Shown: positions 20,042-28,862 of the stretch, piece after piece | How positions within the stretch are numbered: position 1 is the first letter of the stretch | Layout: each line of letters opens with the position of its first letter | Source: Candidatus Latescibacterota bacterium | GTDB taxonomy: Bacteria > Latescibacterota > UBA2968 > GCA-2709665 | Length of the DNA: 64,000 nucleotides | Assembly: GCA_965248435.1 (NCBI GenBank) | Contig: OZ252100.1 | Span: 4,928,001 to 4,992,000, forward strand | Direction of reading: 5' to 3' | The notes under the pieces: generated by a model | Seen by the model: only the letters and a program-made list of their open reading frames with translations | What the model was told of the DNA's origin: nothing | The model's database searches: none | Position numbers and translations under genes: made by a program

Positions 20042-20947
20042 TTAGAGTTTCGGCATAGGCCATTCGGCGATTGGCCTTCCCGACCAGGTTGACCGACTGA
20101 AGAATCGTCCACCCGCACGGTTGATGGAGCCGAACCACGCCTGGATCGCAATTCCCCAGAAATGCTCAAAGGATCTATCCTTCAGATTCAGATCAGCACG
20201 GTCGTAATGCGACAGGACCTCATCTACGAACACCTCGCCGTACACCCAGAAACCATAGAAGTCCTTGGCCGGGTCAGTGATTTCGATGTCGCCCCAGTCT
20301 ATGATCCCGGTCAGCTTTCCTGAAGAAGGATCGTGGTAGATGTGCTTGTACCATAGATCATTGTGAGCCAGCACTGGTACGAATGCGTGATCAATGCTCT
20401 CACTTCTTTCGATCCAGGAACCGAAGACATCCCGAACCTCTGGCTCAAGTTCGTCGGCCCGATCTGCGAAGACCTTCTTGGCCTCCGACCGGTAAAACAG
20501 GGACCTGTCGCCATCCACCACACCAACACTCCGAGCCTCCGAGACTGGATAACTGTGAAGTTCGTTGAGGAAGACGCCAAGCCTGCTTGCCGCTTCTGCC
20601 CTCCTGAATCTTGGTAGCCTGGAGAATCGCCAAGGTGAGAGCCGCGTTCCTTGAATTGCCTTATATCCAGCGAAATCCGACGCGCTGGGAATAAAGGTGT
20701 AATCCGGAACTGGGATGCTATTAATCTCACGCCTGATGGCGCTGAGCACCGTCCGCTCCCGCGGAAGGCTCAGCCCTGTGTCCGCTACATCATTCAGAAA
20801 ACGAAAGGCAATCCCGTTGTCTAGCAGGATCATTACATGATCAGGGTATTTGTGGGTCTGAGCTCTCCGGTATTTTGACCACCTGAGTTTGGGGAACGAG
20901 TCCTTGATCCTCTGCAGATAGTAGTTTGTATCGTAGGGAGTCGTCAC
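20042..20947 (-). CDS. APH/choline-kinase-like phosphotransferase (cassette)
   Basis: HNDLWYKH, GIIDWGD and DPAKD motifs; GGAG before GTG 20947. Confidence 0.85.
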   Translation of the reverse strand: MTTPYDTNYYLQRIKDSFPKLRWSKYRRAQTHKYPDHVMILLDNGIAFRFLNDVADTGLSLPRERTVLSAIRREINSIPVPDYTFIPSASDFAGYKAIQGTRLSPWRFSRLPRFRRAEAASRLGVFLNELHSYPVSEARSVGVVDGDRSLFYRSEAKKVFADRADELEPEVRDVFGSWIERSESIDHAFVPVLAHNDLWYKHIYHDPSSGKLTGIIDWGDIEITDPAKDFYGFWVYGEVFVDEVLSHYDRADLNLKDRSFEHFWGIAIQAWFGSINRAGGRFFSRSTWSGRPIAEWPMPKL

Positions 20948-20994
20948 GAGATCTCCAGGATCAAAGTGGACCCTAACACAAAGGCGGCGATTTC

Positions 20995-21079
20995 CGCTAA
21001 CGTTCTCGGCACCCACGAACCCGCCGCAGGGGGTTGGGCGAAGGCCGGATGGCCTGAGCCGTGCACGGTCGTGTTAGAG
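20995..21079 (-). other. Non-canonical attC-like site B
   Basis: CGCTAAC GTTCTCGGCACCCACGAACC...CGTGTTAGAG; homologous to sites A and C. Confidence 0.72.
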
Positions 21080-21125
21080 GCCGTGCGGCCCGGGGCAGGA
21101 AGGGGTTCTCAAGACCTGATCAAGA

Positions 21126-22583
21126 TTAAACCGACTCCGGACCAATCTCTATGGGCAAGCTAATCGTTACTGTCGTACCTTTTCCTACCTCGCTCTCCAT
21201 CTTGATCCTCCCCTTGTGATCCTGGATAATCCTGTAGTCCGTAGACAATCCTAAACCCATTTTCACCCGAAGATCGGTGGCCTGAAAATCAACATCGAAG
21301 ATGCGTTCTAACTGCTCCGGTGGAATTCCCACGCCCGTGTCGCTGATCCGGACACAGACCTTGTCGTCCTCCTCAAAGGTGCTGACTCTTATTTCCCCAG
21401 TTTCCTCGATAGCCTGGAGCGCGTTCTTGAGCAGGTGCATGAAGACCTGGTTCAGTTGTCCGGGAGAACAGTAGATCGGCGGGATGTTCCCGTATTTCTT
21501 GACCACGGTGATGTTTTCGCCTATCCGGTTTTGTAGCAGCGTCAGGGCGCTGTCGATCCCCGCGTGAAGGTCTACCACCTGGAACTCGGCTTCGTCCAGT
21601 CGTGCGAAATTTCGCAGACTGCCCACAATGCTGCTCAACCGTTCGGCACCGCTTGCCATCACCCGGTTGGCATCGGCTATTGCCTTGAACACCGATTGAA
21701 TGGTCCGATTATCTTTATACTCTCCGGGAAAGGTCATCTCCAGCGTTTGTTTCAGTTTACCTATAGCCCGTACCTGAGTATCGTGCATACTCGTAATAGC
21801 GCCAAGAGGCGTATTCATCTCGTGAGCCACACCGGCTATCAGACTACCCAGAGAGGCCATTTTCTCCTGCATGATAAGCTGACTCTGTGTCTCTTTGAGC
21901 TGATGCAGGGCATCTTCCAGGGCTCGGTTCTGTTCTTCCAGATACTGGAAATCGAGGGTTCGGAGATACGCCAGCGACAGCGCGTCGGTCCATTCCTCTA
22001 TTTTGATCAAGTGTTCTGGATCGGTTCCCCGGTGGCGAATCCCGATCCAACCGTACTCAAACGGCACGTTGGTAATAACCCATCCTTCACTCCCAAAAAA
22101 CGGCAGTTGTCGGTCGAAGCCCATCAGCTCGTGAAAAGGCTGCATTTCCGCTTTGTCCTCCTCCGAACTCCGCGCAATAGACCAGACCTTGCCCTCGCGC
22201 CACTGACCCAGATCCTCCTCCCAATCAGCCGTAATGGGGACTTCCAATGCCGAAACGGTGGTTGTTTCGTCGATCTCCTTGAGTTCGGGAGAGGTCCACG
22301 AGATGCCATATTGCCGGGGATTTTCCAGGGCGGCGTACCACAGAATGCGGCCTTTGTCCTCGTCGACGAAGAAAAAGCCACACCCTGGTGCCTCTATATC
22401 CAGCCGCGAAAGCTCCTTGAACATCACCAGGATCACCTGGAGAAGGTCCTCCCTGGAACGCATGGACAGCACTTCGACCCGTATGCGTTCGATTGTTTTC
22501 TCCTGGGCTCGTTGTTGCCTAAGTTCGGCTAGTTCAATCCGGAGTTGCTCTTTGGACATCTCCATGTCTCTCATGCTAAACAA
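21126..22583 (-). CDS. Sensor histidine kinase (cassette)
   Basis: AGVAHEMNTP H-box, QVFMHLLKNA, DTGVGI and GLGL motifs. Confidence 0.92.
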   Translation of the reverse strand: MFSMRDMEMSKEQLRIELAELRQQRAQEKTIERIRVEVLSMRSREDLLQVILVMFKELSRLDIEAPGCGFFFVDEDKGRILWYAALENPRQYGISWTSPELKEIDETTTVSALEVPITADWEEDLGQWREGKVWSIARSSEEDKAEMQPFHELMGFDRQLPFFGSEGWVITNVPFEYGWIGIRHRGTDPEHLIKIEEWTDALSLAYLRTLDFQYLEEQNRALEDALHQLKETQSQLIMQEKMASLGSLIAGVAHEMNTPLGAITSMHDTQVRAIGKLKQTLEMTFPGEYKDNRTIQSVFKAIADANRVMASGAERLSSIVGSLRNFARLDEAEFQVVDLHAGIDSALTLLQNRIGENITVVKKYGNIPPIYCSPGQLNQVFMHLLKNALQAIEETGEIRVSTFEEDDKVCVRISDTGVGIPPEQLERIFDVDFQATDLRVKMGLGLSTDYRIIQDHKGRIKMESEVGKGTTVTISLPIEIGPESV

Positions 22584-22604
22584 CCTTGTTTTGGGCCGGA
22601 TGGC

Positions 22605-22692
22605 CTATAACGTTCCCGGCACCCACGAACCTGGCGAAGCCAGGTTGGGCGGAAGCCCGAATGGGCTGGAGCCGTGGGTGCTCGTGTTAACT
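22605..22692 (-). other. Non-canonical attC-like site C
   Basis: CTATAAC GTTCCCGGCACCCACG...CGTGGGTGCTCGT GTTAACT; near-copy of site A. Confidence 0.75.
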
Positions 22693-22713
22693 GCAGTTGC
22701 GCAGACCGCTTTG

Positions 22714-23634
22714 TCAGATCTTCGCGATAATGGAATCTAAGTAATCGTCGAATCGACAAAACAGGACTTCCTGACCTGGGTCTTTTATGCCGTATTCAGT
22801 CCAAGGAGGATAAAATCCTGGCTTCGGAATCGCCCAATCCAGAATAGAATCTATCTCCCAGAATGAGTGATACAGGTAATGTGGAGCAGCGACCTTGTGG
22901 TATTTCTCTCGGAAACTGCCTGCTATTTCGGGGCCGAACATCGTGGCAAGATTAATCTGACAATGAGCTACGTCCACGTTTGCGGGTCCCAGACAAGCGC
23001 CAACCCAATCGACGATCCCGGTCAGCTTTCCAGATACCCATAGGATGTTAACTGGATGGTAGTCGCGGTGGAGAAACACCTCGTCATAGGGAGGCGATTC
23101 TTCGAGTCTAATGTTGATTGCCTTCTCCCAAAGTTCAGATCGTTTCGACCAAGGTGGTACACAAAGTGTCTCGACTTCGGTATAGCTCTGGTAGTGCCAT
23201 CTTACACCATAAACCGCGATACTATGAATAGTCGCCAAGGTCTCCGCTAGTTGGTCGAGCCAATGGTCCAAATTGGCCGGCTTTATGTTCACAGTTCCAT
23301 CCAAACAGCTCATTAGAAGAGCGGGGTATCCGAAAACCGAAGTGTCTGCACTGTAATCGAGCAGATGAGGCGTTGGAAGGTCGGCAGAACTCAGCAATCG
23401 AAGCGCAGCCGCCTCCCGCACGATTGGATCTGGCTCCCTACCAAGCCGTTCCTCATCCACATAGAGACGTAATACATACCTTCTAGATTCACCTGCGACA
23501 TCTGCTTCCAGCAAGAAAACGGGTGAAGCGGGTCCGCAGATCAGTCTTTTGCTACTGGTCAATTTCGCGCTAGCGCCAATTGCTGAACTGATCCAGTCAG
23601 TAGCCGCACTATTGAGAATGAGTTCCGAACTCAC
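22714..23634 (-). CDS. APH-like phosphotransferase (cassette)
   Basis: HRDYHPVN and GIVDW motifs; start moved to the GTG after GGAG. Confidence 0.85.
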   Translation of the reverse strand: MSSELILNSAATDWISSAIGASAKLTSSKRLICGPASPVFLLEADVAGESRRYVLRLYVDEERLGREPDPIVREAAALRLLSSADLPTPHLLDYSADTSVFGYPALLMSCLDGTVNIKPANLDHWLDQLAETLATIHSIAVYGVRWHYQSYTEVETLCVPPWSKRSELWEKAINIRLEESPPYDEVFLHRDYHPVNILWVSGKLTGIVDWVGACLGPANVDVAHCQINLATMFGPEIAGSFREKYHKVAAPHYLYHSFWEIDSILDWAIPKPGFYPPWTEYGIKDPGQEVLFCRFDDYLDSIIAKI

Positions 23635-23680
23635 AGCGACTCCAGAATCAAATAAGAAGGGGTTAGGGCTGCGCAATTGC

Positions 23681-23761
23681 AGTTAACGGTCTAGGCACTT
23701 GCGAACCCCGGAGGGGTTTGCCGAGGGCCGTCAGGCCCGAGCCGCAAGTGCCTTGTTAACT
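23681..23761 (-). other. Non-canonical attC-like site D
   Basis: AGTTAAC-GGTCT-AGGCACTTGCG...CGCAAGTGCCT-T-GTTAACT. Confidence 0.75.
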
Positions 23762-23778
23762 GCTGTTGCGCCCGGGTG

Positions 23779-24600
23779 TCAATAGAGCCTCTTCACCTCT
23801 TGGAGTCGAGTCAGCACATGTCTCTCGTAGGCCGTTTTCAGTCGCAATGAATCCCACGGTTTCCCCCGTCTCTTGATAGAGTCCACGACTACCGAGCCAA
23901 AACCGAATGCCATGTAGTAGGGGAGATCTGCGGCGTCTACGCCGAAGAACCTGAGATCTCTGAGCCGAGAAAATAGCCGAGACGCAGGCCAAATAGGATT
24001 GTGGAGCAGGACTCCCACTAGAATCTCCTTTGTGCCGAAAAAGGCTTGCTCAAAATCAATAAATCTGTGGATGGCCCCGTTTTTCAGGAACAGGTTCTCT
24101 GGATTCCAGTCCAGCTTGATCAGCAGGTCTTCTGAAATCTCAACCCTGGCCACCGAGTCGCAGATGTCCTGAAAAATCGGACCGCAATCTCCGACATCCT
24201 TTGCCAGACGAGATAGGTTGTCAATCAAGGTCCCGAGATTTTCCTCTGCCCCAATCCCTTCGTAGTATTCGCCTTTGAGTTCGAGAGTTGGCTCTGGCCC
24301 CCTGAACAGACTTATGAGTTCATCGACGTAGTTATCGGTCAACTCGAGTAGCTCATCAGAGGGAAGTGGGCTGATGTCGCTCATCCGATCTCCCTCTGCT
24401 CGTTCGATAACGATGTAGTCATTGACACTCAGATCAATGAGTTTGGGGATTAGCTTTGACTCTTTGTAATGAGACAAGAATCCTACTTCACGCCTGAATT
24501 TGCCTGCTCTTTCCCCGTTTCCGCTGTAAGTCTTCTTCACAGACTTTCCATCGGAGAGGAACTCGATTTGGCTCTTCCTGCCTTGAGGCGATTTATGCAC
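23779..24600 (-). CDS. Divergent kinase-like/APH-like protein (cassette)
   Basis: LDWNPEN and FIDFE motifs; start uncertain (ORF extends to 24642, into the terminal IR). Confidence 0.65.
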   Translation of the reverse strand: MHKSPQGRKSQIEFLSDGKSVKKTYSGNGERAGKFRREVGFLSHYKESKLIPKLIDLSVNDYIVIERAEGDRMSDISPLPSDELLELTDNYVDELISLFRGPEPTLELKGEYYEGIGAEENLGTLIDNLSRLAKDVGDCGPIFQDICDSVARVEISEDLLIKLDWNPENLFLKNGAIHRFIDFEQAFFGTKEILVGVLLHNPIWPASRLFSRLRDLRFFGVDAADLPYYMAFGFGSVVVDSIKRRGKPWDSLRLKTAYERHVLTRLQEVKRLY

Positions 24601-24646
24601 GGCAGATTCTCGCTTCTTTAGAGTCTTTCCCAATGGGCGCAATTGC

Positions 24647-24793
24647 AGTTAACGTTCTTCAGGTTTACGACGCCTGCTGTCCCGAAGGGCTGGCGCGGCA
24701 TTTGCGCTTCTCACCAAATGACGTGACAGAAGCAGGTGTGCCCCAAGGGCCAAGCGGAACGAAGTGGAGCGCAGCGTAAACCTGGTGTTAACA
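24647..24793 (-). other. Non-canonical attC-like site E (long)
   Basis: AGTTAAC-GTTCT-TCAGGTTTACG...CGTAAACCTGG-T-GTTAACA. Confidence 0.7.
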
Positions 24794-24927
24794 GATGGCA
24801 CGCGCCGGGGTGGTTGTGGGGGCGGGCCAGGACGGCCCGCGTAGGGGTGCTTTTTCTGATTTTGACTCCAAGTTTTTAAATAAAGCGTGCTGTCATCAAC
24901 ATCGTTCTCTTTATGTTTTATCTTCCA

Positions 24928-24984
24928 ATTTAACGTGCCGATAAGCGGCGGCGATTAGCCGTCCGCTCCACTGGCTAGTTCGCC
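24928..24984 (-). other. Classical attC site (57 bp)
   Basis: Minus strand GGCGAAC-TAGCC-AGTGGAGC..GCTTATC-GGCAC-GTTAAAT fits the R''-5-L''..L'-5-R' spacing. Confidence 0.75.
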
Positions 24985-25037
24985 TCGACCTTCGTCCACC
25001 TGAAGAGCTGTCGACAGCTGACCCGTGTGCTCCGCCT

Positions 25038-26096
25038 TCACCACTGCACGCGGAGGCGCGTCCAACGGATGCCGCAGACGTCGTCCTCTACGCACCAATG
25101 AACGGCAAGCACGATGTTGTCCTCAAGCAAAAGGCCCATCGGATAGCCGAACTGAATGAGCCCGATCTGCTCCTGACTGCTGACGTCCTCGGTAAGCTCA
25201 AGCCTTGACCGACCGTCGAACAGGGTGCCTTCGAACTCAAGCGACCAGCACGCGCCCGACACTCGGACCAGGCACATCTGTACGCTCTGGTCACCGAAGC
25301 GTCTGTTGTACAGCACGAGATACCGATCGTCCCCGAGCCAGATCGGGGTCATTGTCTGACCCTGGATACCGGTAGGGTACGGTCCTTCCCAACTGCGGCC
25401 GCCGTCGGTCGATACGCTAAACGCGTTCCTCAGGTCAGTGTCTCCCGCGAAGTCCTGGACCCACGCAATGGCCAGCATTTGTCCCGGTTCCGTCTCGATC
25501 AGCTTCTGCTCCAGATACCCGATGCCGGTGCCGGGGTCCTGGAAGACAGTATACATGCTCGGCCAGGTCGCCCCCTGGTCGGACGATTCGTGCAGCACCA
25601 CGCGCTCCCCGTAACGCCCGTCGTATAATGTCGCGGCCGGAGCGAGCCAGCGTCCGTCAGCGGTGACGACAATCGGGTTCGAGATCTCATAGGGCCCCGC
25701 AATCTGAAAGGGAATAACTTCGGGAAAGGACCACGTATGGCCGCCGTCCGTCGAGCGGCACAGCACGGGTTCACAGACGCGACCCCGTCCGCCGTCCGCG
25801 ATGCTCAGCTTCTGGTCGCGCTGGCCGTACGCGAGGATCGTTCCGTCCGCGGTGCGGCTGAGGCGCAGATGGTTGGTCTTCACCGGGCTCTCGTCCCGCT
25901 TGAGGACGACGCCCAGGTACGACCAGATGAAGCCCCCATCGGCAGAACGGGCGCAGTGCGTGTCGCCTTGCGCGTGAGCTCCGCCGCCGCGACTGAACCC
26001 GCAGACGATGTCGCCGCTATCTAACCGTACTAAGGTGGGAAACGCTGAGTCGCCGCGGTCGATGTGGCCGGTACCGAGAATCTCGATAGTGGACAT
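25038..26096 (-). CDS. Sialidase-like BNR/Asp-box repeat protein (first cassette)
   Basis: Four S.D.G..W Asp boxes; GGAGG RBS. Confidence 0.85.
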   Translation of the reverse strand: MSTIEILGTGHIDRGDSAFPTLVRLDSGDIVCGFSRGGGAHAQGDTHCARSADGGFIWSYLGVVLKRDESPVKTNHLRLSRTADGTILAYGQRDQKLSIADGGRGRVCEPVLCRSTDGGHTWSFPEVIPFQIAGPYEISNPIVVTADGRWLAPAATLYDGRYGERVVLHESSDQGATWPSMYTVFQDPGTGIGYLEQKLIETEPGQMLAIAWVQDFAGDTDLRNAFSVSTDGGRSWEGPYPTGIQGQTMTPIWLGDDRYLVLYNRRFGDQSVQMCLVRVSGACWSLEFEGTLFDGRSRLELTEDVSSQEQIGLIQFGYPMGLLLEDNIVLAVHWCVEDDVCGIRWTRLRVQW

Positions 26097-26113
26097 GGAA
26101 TCCTCCAGGCATC

Positions 26114-26350
26114 TGCGAACTATTTCCTATACGGAAAAATCGCCGAAGAAAGCTATCAATGGTTTTCTTGGCGGCCAGGACGGCCGCCGGTTGTGGTTTT
26201 GAATTTGATGCGTGCTTTCTGTTAACTTCTGCATTCGCGCCCCATCGGCGCAAATACCACCCGATAGGGCAAATAATGCGCACTGCGCAGATCCTGCCAA
26301 TAATATAGATAATGCGCCTTATTTCGTGAATGCTATTTATAGGAGACACC
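26114..26350 (-). promoter_or_regulatory. Candidate attI-like site and cassette promoter region
   Basis: Minus strand AGGAAATA-GTTCGCA (26120) nearly complementary to R'' GGCGAAC of the first cassette; AT-rich; ATAATGCG direct repeat at about 26273 and 26309. Confidence 0.45.
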
Positions 26351-26352
26351 AA

Positions 26353-26601
26353 TTAACCGGAACCTGTCTCCCTCTCCATCGGGTCGTCCAGGGGATTCCT
26401 AATCTGGGCGAGGTCCCTCCGGGTCATGTGAGTATGGATTCCCGTCGTTTTTGAACTTTTGTGGCTCAGGAGCTCCTGGATGTATCGGAGGTCCGTGCCC
26501 CTTTCAAGAAGATGGGTCGCAAATGAGTGTCTGAGGGTGTGTACGGACACCGGCTTCTCAATACCGGCCCGTTTGTAAGCTTGGTCGAAGATTTTCTGCA
26601 C
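26353..26601 (-). pseudogene. C-terminal remnant of a tyrosine recombinase
   Basis: [31 protein letters not shown]; the catalytic Tyr position reads His; N-terminus missing. Confidence 0.88.
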
Positions 26602-26613
26602 GGATTGGATCCA

Positions 26614-26663
26614 TAAAAAAATACCGAATGCCTAAGCTCCCAGAGCCCGTGACATTCGGCTTA
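26614..26663 (-). terminator. Terminator-like hairpin
   Basis: CCGAATG..CATTCGG stem followed by a T-run on the minus strand. Confidence 0.5.
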
Positions 26664-26666
26664 TTT

Positions 26667-26831
26667 GTTGCCGGTCGAACGCCACAGGCTGCACTCATAG
26701 GCACCTACAAATTCCACGACCGCTACGGACTCCGATTCGGGTTCCGAAGTCACTACACGATGCGACCGGGGCCTTGCTCCTGAACCCGGATGGACGCATG
26801 TGGACAACTCAGAACTTGCAGACGGCGGCAG
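26667..26831 (-). ncRNA. Candidate rod-shaped ncRNA (6S RNA-like)
   Basis: Nested pairings TGCCG/CGGCA, CCACA/TGTGG, GGTCGC/GCGGTC, GACTTCGG/TCGGAGTC with a central bubble; G-U pairs favour the minus strand; terminator-like hairpin follows. Confidence 0.4.
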
Positions 26832-26955
26832 ATTTTGTAACTTTGGAGCGAAGCCGCGCACGGAGGAAGAAGAGATGACGAAGGGGAAGAGGGCGCGGAT
26901 CGCGGTCAAAAATAGATAGAAAACGGAATAATCCCTTACTTAGAGGAGAACTGAC

Positions 26956-27801
26956 GTGGTCACTCGCTCAGACCCTCGACTCAGCCGCTTCGATCCGCTG
27001 CCTCAGATCCACTACTTCGATGATTTCGACGTGGGTCTGCAGGGATGGACAGCGCTGATCGGGAACTACGAGGAGACGCTGGATTCCGTGCTGCCCGGAT
27101 ACCGGGACTTCGGACCTCCCATGCTCAGCAATGCCACGATGTGGGACACCGGATCGGCCGGTGCCTTCGACGGCACATATGCCATGAAGCTGGTTACGAG
27201 GCCGAAGTCGGGGTGCATGACGACCGCGGTAAAACGTGTGACCTGGCGCCATCAAGGCCCGATTCAGCTGGAGGCCTATGTGACGTTCAAACCGGAGGCG
27301 TCGGAATTGCGGCTTTCCGAGCTGGACGTGAGGTCGTTCGGCGTTTTGTTCGACCTGCACGACGCCACGCGGCGGGTGATGCCGCACCTGCGTTATCTGA
27401 ATGCGCTGGACGGACAGCCGGTCGCTCGCTGGCAGTATAAGAAGGAGCTGGAGACCGCCGAGGAGATCGGGACGTCGGGGAAGACCCGATCCCATCATCA
27501 CCTGGCGCCGGAGGGCTGGCTGGACGTGCCGGGCGAGCCCCAGCCCCTCTGTTACAACGAGATCGCGACGAAGCAGAACTGGCACTATATAAAGGTAGGG
27601 TTCGATCTGGCGTCGATGACCTACCTGAGTTTCCAGTGCAATGACCGGGAGTATGATGTCTCCGAGATCGCCCCGATGTCTATGCCTGCGTGGTCGAATC
27701 TCTGGTGTATGCTGAATGTAGTCTTCTTTTTGGAGACGGATCTGGACAAGAGGGCGTTTCTGTATGTGGATTCGGTGTTGGTTTCGGGGGAGACGGACTG
27801 A
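26956..27801 (+). CDS. Conserved hypothetical protein (DUF6772-like, from recall)
   Basis: RFDPL..I..FDDFD.G..GW N-terminus; GAGGAG RBS. Confidence 0.6.
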   Translation: MVTRSDPRLSRFDPLPQIHYFDDFDVGLQGWTALIGNYEETLDSVLPGYRDFGPPMLSNATMWDTGSAGAFDGTYAMKLVTRPKSGCMTTAVKRVTWRHQGPIQLEAYVTFKPEASELRLSELDVRSFGVLFDLHDATRRVMPHLRYLNALDGQPVARWQYKKELETAEEIGTSGKTRSHHHLAPEGWLDVPGEPQPLCYNEIATKQNWHYIKVGFDLASMTYLSFQCNDREYDVSEIAPMSMPAWSNLWCMLNVVFFLETDLDKRAFLYVDSVLVSGETD

Positions 27802-28130
27802 TGCTTAACCGCAGTCATACTGCCGTCGTGGAGCTGAACCGGGTCTGGAAGGGGGCGTTCGAGACCGAGCCGTACGAGGCGGCATGGGCACGGGAGGCGA
27901 TCTTCTTCGTCCGAGTCCTGGAGACGACCGGACCGGAGCAGCGGGCTCGTGTTCAGATTTCACCGGATGGGATGCGCTGGTGTGACGAGGGGACAGAGGT
28001 TTCGGTTCCGGGAGAGGCGGGTGTGAGTTTCGCGAAGGTCGGGCATTTCGGGACTTACCTCAGGCTTGCGGGAGAATTGCCCGAGGGTGTGGAGGTCAAG
28101 GTGATTGTCTACCTGGTGTTGAAGGAATAG
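27801..28130 (+). CDS. Small conserved hypothetical protein (DUF6385-like, from recall)
   Basis: TEPYEAAWAREA.FF and QISPDG..W.DEG; TGATG overlap with the upstream gene. Confidence 0.6.
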   Translation: MLNRSHTAVVELNRVWKGAFETEPYEAAWAREAIFFVRVLETTGPEQRARVQISPDGMRWCDEGTEVSVPGEAGVSFAKVGHFGTYLRLAGELPEGVEVKVIVYLVLKE

Positions 28131-28148
28131 AGATGAAATTATTTTCCG

Positions 28149-28847
28149 GTAGAGACGCCCCGACGGGTATCGTATCCGGTAGGAGCCAACTCCGGTTGGC
28201 GACAAAATGATTCACGGTGTTGGCATACAACATTGGCCAAGTGATCACCCAAATCCTCTCCTGTGTCGGGGTGGGTCCAGTCACGATGTCAGAACAACAT
28301 GCCTCCGGCGTCCCGCCCGTCGGCTCGCTGTCTTCGATCACGAACTCGCCGTGGATAATCACGAAGTCGATGCCGACGGGCTTCTGAACGGTTCTACCGG
28401 TACCCTACTTTTCTTGTCTCGCCACAAGAAAAGGGCTACCGCAACCGCCACCCTTGGGCACAGCGCGGCTGTGCCCCTACACTCCAAGATTTCGCCGTAG
28501 GGGCGCGGCGTGCCGCGCCCGAAGGCAAAAGAAGGGCGCCGCTCAGACGCCGCGGGGGCTCGGGCCGCGGCACCTCACCCTCAGTGGAAAGGACGGTGGC
28601 GGCAATCAGGGCGGGACTCCTGCCCCGTCTGACGCCCACTATGGGACCGGCCCAGAGGGCCTAACCGCGTGGGAGGTGAAAGAACGACGTTGCATGGGAG
28701 TCGCACACCGCGGCCCCGATGGTTTTGAGTGATGCATTTCGAGAGTCCCAGGGCCGCCGGCAAGTCAGCGAGTTCTACCAATAGAGCATATTACCTTCCC
28801 CAACATTCGGCGAAGAACCTTGGAAAAGGGGGATCGAGGGGGATTTC
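28149..28847 (+). repeat. Composite repeat locus R2 (REPs, head, deacylase fragment, REP doublet, scaffold with insert X, tail)
   Basis: Modules shared with R3, R8, R9, R12 and R13. Confidence 0.9.
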
Positions 28848-28862
28848 AAAGTACGTCAGGAT

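Noticed and set aside
19924-22692. Sites A-C as CRISPR repeats or simple terminators
   Set aside because: They are separated by whole genes, lack T-tails and carry TAAC/GTTA cores
26640-26670. RNase P RNA or tmRNA 3' end (TTCGGCTTAT)
   Set aside because: Lacks the ACAGAA context and other RNase P motifs; no T-arm/CCA end
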